Assembly: GCA_900320405.1 (NCBI GenBank)
Contig: OOHM01000001.1
Location: 90,209-154,208, forward strand
Length of the DNA stretch: 64,000 nt
Source: an uncultured Pseudomonadota bacterium
GTDB taxonomy: Bacteria > Pseudomonadota > Alphaproteobacteria > Rs-D84
Direction: 5' to 3'
Shown: positions 54,740 to 64,000 of the stretch, piece after piece
Numbering within the stretch: the first letter of the stretch is position 1
Layout of the letters: the number at the start of each line of letters is the position of its first letter
The notes under the pieces: model-generated
What the model was told of the DNA's origin: nothing
What the model saw: the letters and a program-made list of their open reading frames with translations, nothing else
The model's database searches: none
Made by a program: the position numbers and the translations under genes

Positions 54740-54768
54740 TTGATTTCCAGTAAAAAATAACCTAGAAT
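54740..54768 (+). promoter_or_regulatory. Sigma70-like promoter of rpmG
   Basis: TTGATT, 17-nt spacer, TAGAAT, about 30 nt upstream of the ATG. Confidence 0.55.
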
Positions 54769-54799
54769 CCCGTGCAGTACAAATAAAAAGGGCAATAAA

Positions 54800-54973
54800 A
54801 TGGCATCTAAGAAAGGCAGCAAAGAAATTATTAAACTGGAAAACAAAGAAACCGGTTATTTTTACACTGTGACAAAAAATAACAAAACCGCCACGGGTAA
54901 GGTAAAACGTCGTAAATATGACCCGAAATTGCGTAAACACGTCGAAATGACCGAAGCAAAAATGTCACACTAG
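54800..54973 (+). CDS. rpmG: 50S ribosomal protein L33
   Basis: 57-aa ORF not in the track: MASKKGSKEIIKLENKETGYFYTVTKNNKTATGKVKRRKYDPKLRKHVEMTEAKMSH. Confidence 0.88.
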   Translation: MASKKGSKEIIKLENKETGYFYTVTKNNKTATGKVKRRKYDPKLRKHVEMTEAKMSH

Positions 54974-54997
54974 GTTGTTAGTGTTGGGTTTAGTTAT

Positions 54998-55025
54998 TAA
55001 AACGGGCGCAATTGCGCCCGTTTTA
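54998..55025. terminator. Bidirectional terminator (rpmG / parC)
   Basis: aacgggcgc-aatt-gcgcccgtt. Confidence 0.8.
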
Positions 55026-55040
55026 CTATCTGCCTTTCCG

Positions 55041-57272
55041 CTACTTACCAAATTTACCACTTCGTGGGAACCCGACCGGAATGGTTCGACCCTGGGTTGC
55101 ACGTTTGCCAACCCACGGCCGCCAATCGTCCAATTTTGTTGTGCCGCGACCCGTCGTCCAACCAAAACCGTCCGCCGCATTAAAGAACATCACATCCAAC
55201 ACATAGGTTCTTTCGGCATTATATTTCTGTAAAATTACACCCTTGCCGCGAATCATTTCTGGAACTTCAGACGTGTTGAATATTAAAACTTTATCATTTG
55301 ATCCAGACATCGCAACGGTGTCGCCACTGACCGGCACACAAAATGCCGCCGGATTTTTATCGTCAACATTCATAACCTGTTTACCGGTGCGGGTTTGCGC
55401 AACGCAATTTTCGCCGGCCACGATAAATCCATTCCCATGACGTGATACAACCAAATATTTCGCGGTCGTGTCCAGAACAAATGCGCGAACAATATTCTCT
55501 TCGGCACCGATGTCTGCCATCATACGCACAGATTCCCCAAAACCGCGTGCCGACGGTAAATCATTTGCGCATAACGTGAACATACGACCAGACGATCCAA
55601 ACAGATTTATTTTATCGGTGGACATTGCGTGGAACGCGCATTGCAATTCATCGCCTTCTTTGAATTTCAAATCCAACGCGTTCAAATCCAGGTGACCTTT
55701 GGCCGCGCGAATCCAACCCATCGTTGACAATATTATCGTCAATGGTTCTTTTTCGATAAATTCTTCGGCATTTACGGTGACGGTTTCGGTCAAAGGTGCC
55801 CATGTTGTGCGACGGCGTCCCAGTGTGGTCTTTTTATCATATTGTTTTTTTATATCGGCAAACCACGCCTTAATCTGGGCGTTTTGAATTTCTGGATCGC
55901 CCAACAGAGCCAATAATTGTTCGCGTTCCGCGCGCAATTCTTTATCTTCGCGCCGAATTTCCATTTCTTCCAGTTTTCGTAACGCGCGCAGGCGAGTATT
56001 CAAAATTGATTCAACCTGAATGTCGGTCAAATTAAATTCCGCCATCAATACGGCCTTTGGGTCGTCTTCGGTACGGATAATTTCAATCACACGGTCCAAA
56101 TTCAGGTATACAATTAACAACCCGCCCAGAATTTCTAACCGCCGGTCAATGTTCCCCAGACGCCATTTGGAACGCCGTATCAGTACATTCTTTTGGTGTG
56201 CGATAAATTCCAACAAAACATCGCGAATGCCCATAACGCGTGGCGCACCGTTTGAATCGATAACATTGAAATTCATATTGAATTTATATTCGGCGTCCGT
56301 CATCGCGAACAAATGTGCCATCATTTTATCCGCCGGAATATTGCGCGACTTTGGTGTTATAACAATGCGGACATCAGTTGTTGATTCATCCACAATATCG
56401 TCAATCAGTGGTAATTTCTTGGCATCAATCATTTCGCCAATTTGTTCCACCATTTTCGATTTGATAATTCCGTATGGAATTTCGGTAATTACAACCTGGT
56501 ACCCGCCGCGTTCCAATTCTTCAATTTCATACCGCGCACGAATGCGAAACGCGCCACGCCCGGTTTCATAATTCTTAACAATGGTTTCAAAATTATCAAT
56601 TAACACACCGCCCGTTGGAAAATCCGGTCCAATCATTTTTCGCATAATTTGCGCAGTGGTTGATTCTGGTTTATCAACCATCAGTGTTAACGCATCACAA
56701 ACCTCGGCCACATTGTGTGTTGGGATATTTGTCGCCATACCAACCGCGATACCCATTCCCCCGTTCGCCAGCAGGTTTGGAAACGCACCCGGCATAACCA
56801 CCGGTTCAGTTGTGGTGCCGTCAAAGTTCGGCATCATATCGACACTGTCTTCGTCAATGCCGTCCATAATCAGCATTGCCGCATCGGTCATTTTCGATTC
56901 GGTATAACGGTATGCCGCCTGGGGATCGCCGTCAATGTTTCCAAAATTACCCTGGCCATCAATCAATGGGTACCGGACGGAAAAATCCTGGGCCAGGCGA
57001 ACCATCGCATCATACACAGACGAATCGCCATGCGGGTGATAATGCCCCAACACATCACCAACAACCGTTGCACATTTGCGGAACGCGGCCGCGGGCGACA
57101 ATTTTTGCCGCAACATAGAATACAGAATACGCCGATGCACCGGTTTTAAACCATCCCGCACATCGGGCAGGGCGCGCGATACAATCGTACTGACCGCGTA
57201 AGATAAATAGCGCGTGGAAAGCGCGTCTGACAATTGTTGTGAATCAATTCTTTCAATAATTTCTTTTACCAT
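55041..57272 (-). CDS. parC: Type IIA topoisomerase subunit A, most likely topoisomerase IV ParC
   Basis: Start at ATG 57272 (MVKEII...). [32 protein letters not shown], active-site AYRYTE. About 740 aa, shorter than a typical GyrA. Confidence 0.85.
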   Translation of the reverse strand: MVKEIIERIDSQQLSDALSTRYLSYAVSTIVSRALPDVRDGLKPVHRRILYSMLRQKLSPAAAFRKCATVVGDVLGHYHPHGDSSVYDAMVRLAQDFSVRYPLIDGQGNFGNIDGDPQAAYRYTESKMTDAAMLIMDGIDEDSVDMMPNFDGTTTEPVVMPGAFPNLLANGGMGIAVGMATNIPTHNVAEVCDALTLMVDKPESTTAQIMRKMIGPDFPTGGVLIDNFETIVKNYETGRGAFRIRARYEIEELERGGYQVVITEIPYGIIKSKMVEQIGEMIDAKKLPLIDDIVDESTTDVRIVITPKSRNIPADKMMAHLFAMTDAEYKFNMNFNVIDSNGAPRVMGIRDVLLEFIAHQKNVLIRRSKWRLGNIDRRLEILGGLLIVYLNLDRVIEIIRTEDDPKAVLMAEFNLTDIQVESILNTRLRALRKLEEMEIRREDKELRAEREQLLALLGDPEIQNAQIKAWFADIKKQYDKKTTLGRRRTTWAPLTETVTVNAEEFIEKEPLTIILSTMGWIRAAKGHLDLNALDLKFKEGDELQCAFHAMSTDKINLFGSSGRMFTLCANDLPSARGFGESVRMMADIGAEENIVRAFVLDTTAKYLVVSRHGNGFIVAGENCVAQTRTGKQVMNVDDKNPAAFCVPVSGDTVAMSGSNDKVLIFNTSEVPEMIRGKGVILQKYNAERTYVLDVMFFNAADGFGWTTGRGTTKLDDWRPWVGKRATQGRTIPVGFPRSGKFGK

Positions 57273-57326
57273 AGCAACATAGAACTTAGAACATTTGAAA
57301 AAAAATAACAACCGAAAAAACGCGGT

Positions 57327-57605
57327 TTATTGGCCGATTTTGTTTTTTATTTCGCGTATGCGTGCCAAAATTTCCCGCAAATCGGCATCGGTCACCGACG
57401 GAGCGGGGCGAGATCGAATTTCGTCCGCCAAAACGATACAAAGCGTCGCCAACAGCGAACTTTCGGGCAATGGCCCAATTTTGTCCAGAATTTGGCGGGC
57501 GCGTGCATCAACCATTTTTCCCAATTCAACCAGCCGGCCTTCTTGACCGTCTTCGCACCCCATGGGGTAATTTTTATTCACAATAGGTATCGATACGACA
57601 CTCAT
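57327..57605 (-). CDS. zapA: Cell division protein ZapA-like
   Basis: 92 aa. V.IPI.NK.Y.M.C.DGQE..L pattern. 4-nt overlap with the upstream coiled-coil gene. Confidence 0.7.
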   Translation of the reverse strand: MSVVSIPIVNKNYPMGCEDGQEGRLVELGKMVDARARQILDKIGPLPESSLLATLCIVLADEIRSRPAPSVTDADLREILARIREIKNKIGQ

Positions 57606-57811
57606 TTCAACTTCTTTAATAATGCAACCGATTGATCAATTAATTCAACCGCATGGGCGTTTTTTGCACGCAGATTTCGAACCTGTTCGGTCAAAATTGC
57701 CACCTCAAGGTCGGTTTGTTTGCCCGCGTTAACCGCAGTGGCCCGCAGACGCGCCGTCGCCTCGTCCAATTTGGTCAATTCTTGAAAAATTTGGTCCCTT
57801 ATATCCGACAT
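57602..57811 (-). CDS. Small coiled-coil protein (DUF4164-like)
   Basis: 69 aa with a heptad pattern. Positioned upstream of zapA, as in many alphaproteobacteria. Confidence 0.55.
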   Translation of the reverse strand: MSDIRDQIFQELTKLDEATARLRATAVNAGKQTDLEVAILTEQVRNLRAKNAHAVELIDQSVALLKKLK

Positions 57812-57893
57812 ATCGTCATATTAAGATATTTTTTATATGCGTTCAACCCTAAAATGTGATATAATCCTCCCGAAAGGTTTTTAGGAAATTCAT

Positions 57894-58736
57894 ATGAAAA
57901 AGAAAATTGTGTATATTTCTGGTGCCGATGTGTTCGATGTGAACGATGTACGCGCCGCTTTTGAGGAAGTAAGAAATACATTGAAATTGGACGCGGATAC
58001 CGTTTTGTTCGGTGTTCCCGTGGACGAAGCCGAATCCATCGGTGATGTATCCACGCCGACCGAAATCACACCAATACCGGTGGTTGATGATGCACCGACA
58101 CCGGTTGTGGAAATCGAATCGGATTCGGATAATGTTGAAATCGGTGATGTTGTGGAACCGGTGGTTGATACAGAATTAGATGCCCCGGTCGTACCGATTC
58201 TGTCTGTGTTGGCATCCCAAGAAGACGGTGCGCCCCAGGAACAAGAAATTATCGATTCTGTTTCGGATACCAAGGTTGAAGATGCCAAAGTGGTTGAAGA
58301 TGTTGTTAAATCGGAAACGGTCATTTTGGATGAATCTGAACCGGATATTGCCGATATGATAAATGATGAAATTCCGACAGAATCCAACGAAAAGACATTG
58401 GAAGAATTGTTGGAAACAATGACGCCACTGCGTGAAGATGTGGCACCCACACACAAGAAAAAAACATCAAAAGTCGAAGCCAATGTTGAACCGGTGGATG
58501 AAATCGACGCAACATTGGAAAATTTGGCCAGTGAATTTGCCGAAAATCAAGATAAAGTGGTCGGTCCCAAAAAGGGGGCTGAACGCGGTAAAATCGGCAA
58601 ATTAAAGAATATATTGCCATTCAAAAAAATGAAGCGCGACGATTCGGGATTGATGGGTGATTTGTTTGGTTGGGCCGGTATTGCCGCAAACGACGATGAC
58701 TTCACAATTCCAGGATTCTTTAAGCAAAAGATGTAA
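57894..58736 (+). CDS. Highly acidic Asp/Glu/Val-rich protein
   Basis: 280 aa. Short folded-looking N-terminus, long acidic low-complexity centre, basic/hydrophobic C-terminal tail. Confidence 0.6.
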   Translation: MKKKIVYISGADVFDVNDVRAAFEEVRNTLKLDADTVLFGVPVDEAESIGDVSTPTEITPIPVVDDAPTPVVEIESDSDNVEIGDVVEPVVDTELDAPVVPILSVLASQEDGAPQEQEIIDSVSDTKVEDAKVVEDVVKSETVILDESEPDIADMINDEIPTESNEKTLEELLETMTPLREDVAPTHKKKTSKVEANVEPVDEIDATLENLASEFAENQDKVVGPKKGAERGKIGKLKNILPFKKMKRDDSGLMGDLFGWAGIAANDDDFTIPGFFKQKM

Positions 58737-58739
58737 AAA

Positions 58740-59186
58740 GTGAATAATATAACCCAGATTCAAAAAATTCTTGAACGTGCCGGTCTGCGCGTTATCGGTA
58801 TAGAAGATAATTTTATATATCTAGAAGATCCATCATGTATTTTGCGCGGTTTTGAAACATTTTTGGGATATGCGTGGGATGCACTTTTATTGATTACTGT
58901 GTTTCTTATTATTGGGTGGGCCATATCGATGATACGCGGCGCCAAGAATGACATCATAAACAATATGAAATCTTTAATTTTGATATTTGGAATTTTAACG
59001 GTTGTGCCGTTGATATTAAATGTGGTTTATGGTGGTGATTTAATCGGTCGTGGTTGCAAAACATTAAAAGTTTCGGTTGGTGAAATAAACGAAATATTGG
59101 CTGCCAAGGCACAAACAAAATCTTTGGACGCATCATTGTATGAAGATATTGATATATATGATTCCGGTCCGGCATCCGGTTTATGA
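58740..59186 (+). CDS. Small membrane protein (two hydrophobic segments)
   Basis: GTG start 3 nt after the previous stop, 148 aa. Confidence 0.5.
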   Translation: MNNITQIQKILERAGLRVIGIEDNFIYLEDPSCILRGFETFLGYAWDALLLITVFLIIGWAISMIRGAKNDIINNMKSLILIFGILTVVPLILNVVYGGDLIGRGCKTLKVSVGEINEILAAKAQTKSLDASLYEDIDIYDSGPASGL

Positions 59187-59894
59187 ATTTCCGTTACCAA
59201 TCGTTCCACCGGTATAAACAGAAAAATCGGAAAGTGAATATAACATATCACCTGATACAACAAAATGGTCGACCAATTTTATTCCAACGGCATCCAACAT
59301 CGCCTTTAATCGCACCGTTACTTCTTTATCTTGAATTGAAAAAGATGTGTTTGGCCGCGGATGATTATGCACCACCGCAACGGCCTTGGCACCAAGGTAA
59401 AGCGCGTGTTTTACAATTTCAATGTCATAAAGAGATGAACAATCGTATGTGCCCGTGCTGTGCAATTGATTTTCCAACAACCGCCCCATATCATCCATAT
59501 ATAAAATGTGCACTTCTTCTATATCTTTGTGCCCCAACATCAATTTGCAGAAATTACACAATTGTTCACGGTCATACAGCATATTTGTGTCTTGAAATTT
59601 ACATTCGTATCCATCAAGTAAAATTTTTTGAATGACCTTGATAAAAATTGCAGTGTTGCGTCCCATACCGCGAACCTTGCATAAATCATCAATCGATGCA
59701 GACAATATTGGATACATACCACCGAATTTATTATACAGCATTCGCGCAAGTGGTCTAACATCGCGCCGCGGAATGGCATAACTTAGTAATAATTCCAATG
59801 TTTCATATTTTGCCAATTTATCATCAAGAAAATTTTGGCGTAACCGTTCGCGATGCCCCGCGCGCAAAGATAAGTCTTCTTTTTTATCCGACAT
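59181..59894 (-). CDS. radC: RadC-family JAB-domain protein
   Basis: 237 aa. GHRERLRQNF N-terminus and AVAVVHNHPRPNTSFSIQD (JAMM-like HNHP.). Confidence 0.88.
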   Translation of the reverse strand: MSDKKEDLSLRAGHRERLRQNFLDDKLAKYETLELLLSYAIPRRDVRPLARMLYNKFGGMYPILSASIDDLCKVRGMGRNTAIFIKVIQKILLDGYECKFQDTNMLYDREQLCNFCKLMLGHKDIEEVHILYMDDMGRLLENQLHSTGTYDCSSLYDIEIVKHALYLGAKAVAVVHNHPRPNTSFSIQDKEVTVRLKAMLDAVGIKLVDHFVVSGDMLYSLSDFSVYTGGTIGNGNS

Positions 59895-59895
59895 T

Positions 59896-60663
59896 TTATT
59901 CTTGAATCATTTTTTCTGTGAATATCGTGACACCATCTTCGGTTATGCCCAATGTATGTTCCCATTGTGCGGACAACCCGCCATCAACCGTCCGTGCCGT
60001 CCATCCATCTGCGTCGATTTTACAATCCGGCCGGCCGGTGTTTATCATCGGTTCGATTGTGAATACCAATCCCGGAACCATCTTCACTTTATCCCACATT
60101 TTATCATAGAAATGAAAAATTTGTGGGTCATCGTGCATAACCTTGCCAATGCCGTGACCAACAAAGTCGCGCGATATTGAAAAACCATGTGGTTTAACAA
60201 TTGCTTCAATCGTTTTGCCAATTTCGGACAATGGTACGCCCGGTGCACACACGGCAATCGCGGCGTTCAATGCATCTTGGCATGTTTGTACCAATTCGCG
60301 TGCACGGGGCGTGACATTACCAATCATAAACATACGCGAAGAATCGCCATGGAAACCTTTATATTCTGCGGTCAAATCGACATTTACAATGTCACCGTCT
60401 TTTAATATAACATCGTCACTTGGGATACCGTGCACAATAACATCATTAACCGATGTGCATATACTTTTGGGGTAACCCATATACCCCAAATCCGATGAAC
60501 GGGCCCCATTTGCACGCAGAAATTCTGCAACCATACGGTCGATTTCACCCGTTGAAATACCGGCGCGAATATATGGTGTTATATGGTCAAAGCAACGCGC
60601 AACCAAATCGCCAACAACACGTAAACGCTTAAAATCTTTCGGTGCATACACAGATGATAACAT
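59896..60663 (-). CDS. map: Methionine aminopeptidase type I
   Basis: 255 aa. VIVHGIP, DIVNVDLTA, GHGIG, FTIEPMI, QWEHT. Confidence 0.93.
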   Translation of the reverse strand: MLSSVYAPKDFKRLRVVGDLVARCFDHITPYIRAGISTGEIDRMVAEFLRANGARSSDLGYMGYPKSICTSVNDVIVHGIPSDDVILKDGDIVNVDLTAEYKGFHGDSSRMFMIGNVTPRARELVQTCQDALNAAIAVCAPGVPLSEIGKTIEAIVKPHGFSISRDFVGHGIGKVMHDDPQIFHFYDKMWDKVKMVPGLVFTIEPMINTGRPDCKIDADGWTARTVDGGLSAQWEHTLGITEDGVTIFTEKMIQE

Positions 60664-60664
60664 T

Positions 60665-61654
60665 TTAACTTCTCCGTTTAATAGACATTTTATATGTTTT
60701 CAATACCAATTTTAATGCAAAGTCGCGCAACAAAATTTCGGCCGGCATACCCGTGGTTCGAATTTGTGCCTCAAGTTCATTAAGACGAACCAATACGGCC
60801 GAAATGTCTGGTTCAGACCATATTTTCATTGCGATATTAAACTTATCTGTGACCTTCCAAAACAGTCGCGGCAATTGTCCATCCACCACCGCCGTTAGCA
60901 ATGTTTTGAAATGGCGGTCCAACATACGCACCAACATATTGGGTTCTGCGTTATCGTATAATAACCGGTCCAACGCCAACATTGTTTGTTGAATATGTCC
61001 CGCCGTCAAAGAATACAAGAAATCGTCGGTATTCGCCGCGCCCGTGTCGGGTAAACATTTTTCCACATCATCAAAATCGACCGTCTTTTTATCATCAACA
61101 TATAATGCGATTTTACCCAAAAAACCACGCGTGATTCCACGATCACCGCCAAGGTGGCTTAACATATACGCCATTGCATCGGGGGAAATCTGTTTTATGC
61201 CCGCGTTTGTAAATAATTCATTGCGTATCAATGTTTCCAATGTTCGTGCGTCGTCGGTATAACATGCAATTGCGGCAACATCCCCGCCACCTTCAAACAT
61301 GGTGCGCAAACCCCCGCCCATACGCAAATCACCACCGGTGACAACCACGAATGCGTCCAAACCCGGATGTTCAACCAGGTCTTTGATAATTTTTGCATCT
61401 GAATCGCCGGCATTTGAAATAATAACCATTTTGCGTCCGCCAAACATAGACGGTGTGCACGCCTCGGCAAAAAGTGCGTCTTGTTTATCGCGCAAATCCC
61501 CGGAATCCAATGCGAATATATTGTCTTTATCAATTGCCAAAATATCAATTGATTTATCGCACAATTCATCAACCAATCCCGCATCGGGACCGTATATTAA
61601 AACGGCGCGGACAGACGGTATTCCTTTGGTAAAATCGGACTCTTTCCACTTCAT
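60665..61654 (-). CDS. holA: DNA polymerase III subunit delta
   Basis: 329 aa. VLIYGPDAGLV N-terminus. Located downstream of lptE with a 4-nt overlap. Confidence 0.82.
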   Translation of the reverse strand: MKWKESDFTKGIPSVRAVLIYGPDAGLVDELCDKSIDILAIDKDNIFALDSGDLRDKQDALFAEACTPSMFGGRKMVIISNAGDSDAKIIKDLVEHPGLDAFVVVTGGDLRMGGGLRTMFEGGGDVAAIACYTDDARTLETLIRNELFTNAGIKQISPDAMAYMLSHLGGDRGITRGFLGKIALYVDDKKTVDFDDVEKCLPDTGAANTDDFLYSLTAGHIQQTMLALDRLLYDNAEPNMLVRMLDRHFKTLLTAVVDGQLPRLFWKVTDKFNIAMKIWSEPDISAVLVRLNELEAQIRTTGMPAEILLRDFALKLVLKTYKMSIKRRS

Positions 61655-62121
61655 TGTTTTTTTATTCCGCGTTCATATTCAGAAACCTGGGCAATGGCGC
61701 GGGTGCCGATTTTGTCTGCCAAAACCGTAATGGTATTTGCAACCGCATTATTATATGATGCATTTGCCGCAACCAAATACCGCACGAAAGTGTATGATTC
61801 GGCGGCGGCTTCGTTTCCGCTGGCAATTTTTTCACCGTTGTGTTCCAGTATATATTTTGCGGTTAAACGAACTTCTTGCCATGTTGCGTCACCGGTTGGT
61901 TCCAAAGCCTTGTATTTTGTGGTTGGGTTATTTAATGTCACGCGCAACACATATTTTGCATCATCATTATGTGGACCGCCAAATTTTGTATTTAATGCAT
62001 TGCGCAATTCGATACCGTTGATTCCCTGAATCACAGGAACATAAATATCCGTGGTATTCCCAGAAAACATCGGTCTGAACCCGCATCCGCCCAGAACAAT
62101 AAATAATAGAATTTTTTTCAT
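61651..62121 (-). CDS. lptE: LPS-assembly lipoprotein LptE-like
   Basis: 156 aa. MKKILLFIVLGGCGF lipobox. Synteny with holA. Confidence 0.7.
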   Translation of the reverse strand: MKKILLFIVLGGCGFRPMFSGNTTDIYVPVIQGINGIELRNALNTKFGGPHNDDAKYVLRVTLNNPTTKYKALEPTGDATWQEVRLTAKYILEHNGEKIASGNEAAAESYTFVRYLVAANASYNNAVANTITVLADKIGTRAIAQVSEYERGIKKQ

Positions 62122-62201
62122 GTCACGCGTCCGTTATATAAAATTTTCTTGAAATTTATTTATATAATACTTAGAGTTTTATTAAATCGCAAGGGGGAAA
62201 G

Positions 62202-63443
62202 ATGAATATTTTTCTGGTGTTATTGATATCGGTTTTTATGGCGGGATATTATATGTTCTTTGGCCCGTCCACACGTATTAACGAACAAGAAACAGAATAT
62301 GCAATTTCTGTGGCGGATTTGCGTTCTATTGCCGAATGCGCAATTGCCGCCCATAATGCGCAAATTGCCGGTGGCGTGTTCGAAGATATATGCACGGCGC
62401 AATATGGAATAAAAAGTGAATTTGTTTGTTTGGATTCTCGGCTTGGGGTGACGGCGTGCGATTCGGCGGGGGTCAAGCGTCCGAAATACAGTTTTATTAT
62501 AACCACAACCGACCCATTACATACATCGGATTACAACGATATGATGGAAATTTTGGAACAGAATTTTTCGACCAGTGGCACACTTGGTATATACCAAGAT
62601 GGTATCGTTATTGCCGGCGGTACAACCGCGAAACGCAGTGTTCCCGACGCGATTCAAAAAAATCTTAATCTTGAAAATGGTCAAATAATTTATATGACGC
62701 ATTATGAAGCACCGGATCCAGAGCGGGTCTTTACCGGTACGGTGGCCGATGATATTATATGTCCCGTTGGAACGACCAAGACATACAGGTTTGGTCGTTG
62801 GCAATGCATTGGATACAATTTGAAGACCAGTTGCGGTGGCGATACGGTTTGGGATTCCACGCTTATGGAATGTGTGCCGGATGAAAGTCGAAAGCCATTG
62901 TGTTCCGGTGAACAAACCGCCGTCATAGTTGATAATGTTTGGGAATGTATCAATCCATTTGGGGAACGCAAATGTCCAAGCAATATGTTGGCGCGTCTGA
63001 ATTACGAAACATTGGAATGGGAATGCGTAGAAGATCCAAATAAAGTCAAGACCACTTCTAAATGCGCAACGGCCGGTTCGCGCGCGATTCGTGGCCGCGG
63101 TGGTGCAACATTGCGATTGGCGACAACATCGTGCACAGATTGCGAAAAAATGATAATTGATGAATCGACATGCGATGCGGTGTGTGTGCCCGATGAAACA
63201 AAATTGGCATCCCCGTCGTGTTATCCGGGGCGTGCATCGGAATGTACGGGCGCGTCGCGTGCGTTCTATTTTGGTTTCCCAAACAGTGCGTATATTGCCA
63301 ATGTTAGCGGGATATCGGTATCAGATGTTCCGTTTGATTCGTCACATTCCCAAAATCGAAAATTTAATTGTATGGATTGTGGCACCGGCACCATAGACAC
63401 ATCGAAAAGTGTGTATCCCTATACCGCCGTTTGTAATAACTAA
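62202..63443 (+). CDS. Membrane-anchored or secreted cysteine-rich repeat protein
   Basis: 413 aa. N-terminal hydrophobic MNIFLVLLISVFMAGYYMFF. Repeated ...W(Q/E)C(I/V).. modules and many Cys. Confidence 0.7.
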   Translation: MNIFLVLLISVFMAGYYMFFGPSTRINEQETEYAISVADLRSIAECAIAAHNAQIAGGVFEDICTAQYGIKSEFVCLDSRLGVTACDSAGVKRPKYSFIITTTDPLHTSDYNDMMEILEQNFSTSGTLGIYQDGIVIAGGTTAKRSVPDAIQKNLNLENGQIIYMTHYEAPDPERVFTGTVADDIICPVGTTKTYRFGRWQCIGYNLKTSCGGDTVWDSTLMECVPDESRKPLCSGEQTAVIVDNVWECINPFGERKCPSNMLARLNYETLEWECVEDPNKVKTTSKCATAGSRAIRGRGGATLRLATTSCTDCEKMIIDESTCDAVCVPDETKLASPSCYPGRASECTGASRAFYFGFPNSAYIANVSGISVSDVPFDSSHSQNRKFNCMDCGTGTIDTSKSVYPYTAVCNN

Positions 63444-63486
63444 TGTTTTTTAGTATTTATACTTAATAAAAACAAAGCCGTTAGGC

Positions 63487-63735
63487 TTGTTTTTATACCC
63501 ATTGTATGGTAGAATATCCTAGACAAGGGCGTGTTGCTCGTGTTGGGGTGTAGTTACCTCTAAATATCTTAAAACATCAGCGATGATGTTAAACATCTCC
63601 TGCTTCGAATGGGCAGGAGGGTGCGGAAATATAAAATACCACACACTATTAAAGATATTATAGTAACTAACCTCCTGCCGCTAAATTTTATTTTGCGGCA
63701 TATTTTATATGCATATAACAAAAAAGGAGGCACAA
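63487..63735 (+). promoter_or_regulatory. Extended -10 promoter plus a ~210-nt leader with mutually exclusive hairpins
   Basis: TTGTTT-17-(TGg)TAGAAT. Hairpin 63597-603/63613-19 competes with the 9-bp pairing 63612-20/63671-79, which in turn overlaps hairpin 63676-81/63695-700. Confidence 0.45.
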
Positions 63736-64000
63736 ATGTATGTAAAAAAGTTGTTTACCGATAATGAAGAAATTTTAGTTCGTTTAAGACTTCACTGGAT
63801 ACAATATATTTTACCTGTTTTATTAACAATTATTGGGTTTGTAATAACCGGCGATTTTCAGGAAGTTAATAAACCTAATGATCCACAAGCGGCAACAGCG
63901 TGGATAAGTGTAATTTGTTTTGTTATAGCTGGATATTATTGGTTAAGAAATTTAACTACTGAAATGGTTGTGACAAATCACCGGATAATTAACAAAAAGG
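63736..64000 (+). CDS. Membrane protein with a bacterial PH (bPH_2/DUF304)-like start, 3' end outside window
   Basis: RBS aaggagg, then MYVKKLFTDNEEILVRLRLHWIQYILPVLLTIIGF...LTTEMVVTNHRII. Open to the window end. Confidence 0.6.
   Translation, partial: MYVKKLFTDNEEILVRLRLHWIQYILPVLLTIIGFVITGDFQEVNKPNDPQAATAWISVICFVIAGYYWLRNLTTEMVVTNHRIINKK

Noticed and set aside
54584-54940. 118-aa minus-strand ORF covering tRNA-Leu and rpmG
   Set aside because: It overlaps a canonical tRNA and is antisense to an L33 gene with a clear ribosomal-protein sequence.
57890-58483. 197-aa minus-strand Ser/Thr-rich ORF opposite the acidic protein gene
   Set aside because: It is the mirror image of the GAx/GTx codon bias of the Asp/Glu/Val-rich plus-strand gene. 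It has no start context, whereas the plus ORF does.

Overview
This 64-kb chromosomal segment comes from a moderately AT-rich Gram-negative bacterium. Gene order suggests an alphaproteobacterium: rpmF-plsX-fabH-ihfA, olsB-olsA, zapA next to a DUF4164-like gene, and lptE-holA. That assignment is inference only.

The housekeeping backbone includes the rpoC 3' end, rpmF, plsX, fabH, ihfA, hemW, mltB-like, olsBA, proS, ldh, sodB, cvpA, a U32 peptidase, glyQS, ferredoxin, BI-1, lgt, rpmG, parC, zapA, radC, map, holA and lptE. There are five tRNAs: Arg-CCU, Thr-UGU, Asp-GUC, Glu-UUC and Leu-UAG.

Three accessory regions interrupt the backbone.
1. 6.1-11.4 kb: an operon of two very large cysteine-rich secreted proteins. 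A third Cys-rich protein lies at 62.2 kb.
2. 26.8-38.2 kb: a GT8 + GT-D glycosyltransferase cassette flanked by duplicated terminator hairpins and preceded by a structured leader. It is followed by a ~9.3-kb integrative element in the 3' end of tRNA-Thr, bounded by 25-bp direct repeats. The element carries a complete DpnII-type three-gene restriction-modification (R-M) module, four small orphan genes, an HUH Rep-like gene, an SF3 helicase-like gene and a tyrosine integrase.
3. 48.1-52.4 kb: an array directly downstream of tRNA-Glu. Unrelated minus-strand genes (Zn-ribbon, S51 peptidase, lipoprotein + NERD, deaminase, one orphan) are separated by copies of a 74-nt unit built as an 18-nt box, a 26-nt variable part and a 30-nt box ending in a tRNA-Glu-like 3' end. 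No recombinase is in view. I rate this the most unusual structure in the window.

Other notable points are an A12 tract that separates a periplasmic CPHC thioredoxin-fold protein from an out-of-frame C-terminal membrane anchor, and two leader regions with mutually exclusive hairpins. No CRISPR array, rRNA or transposase was seen. All functional calls rest on motif recognition by eye; no database search was run.
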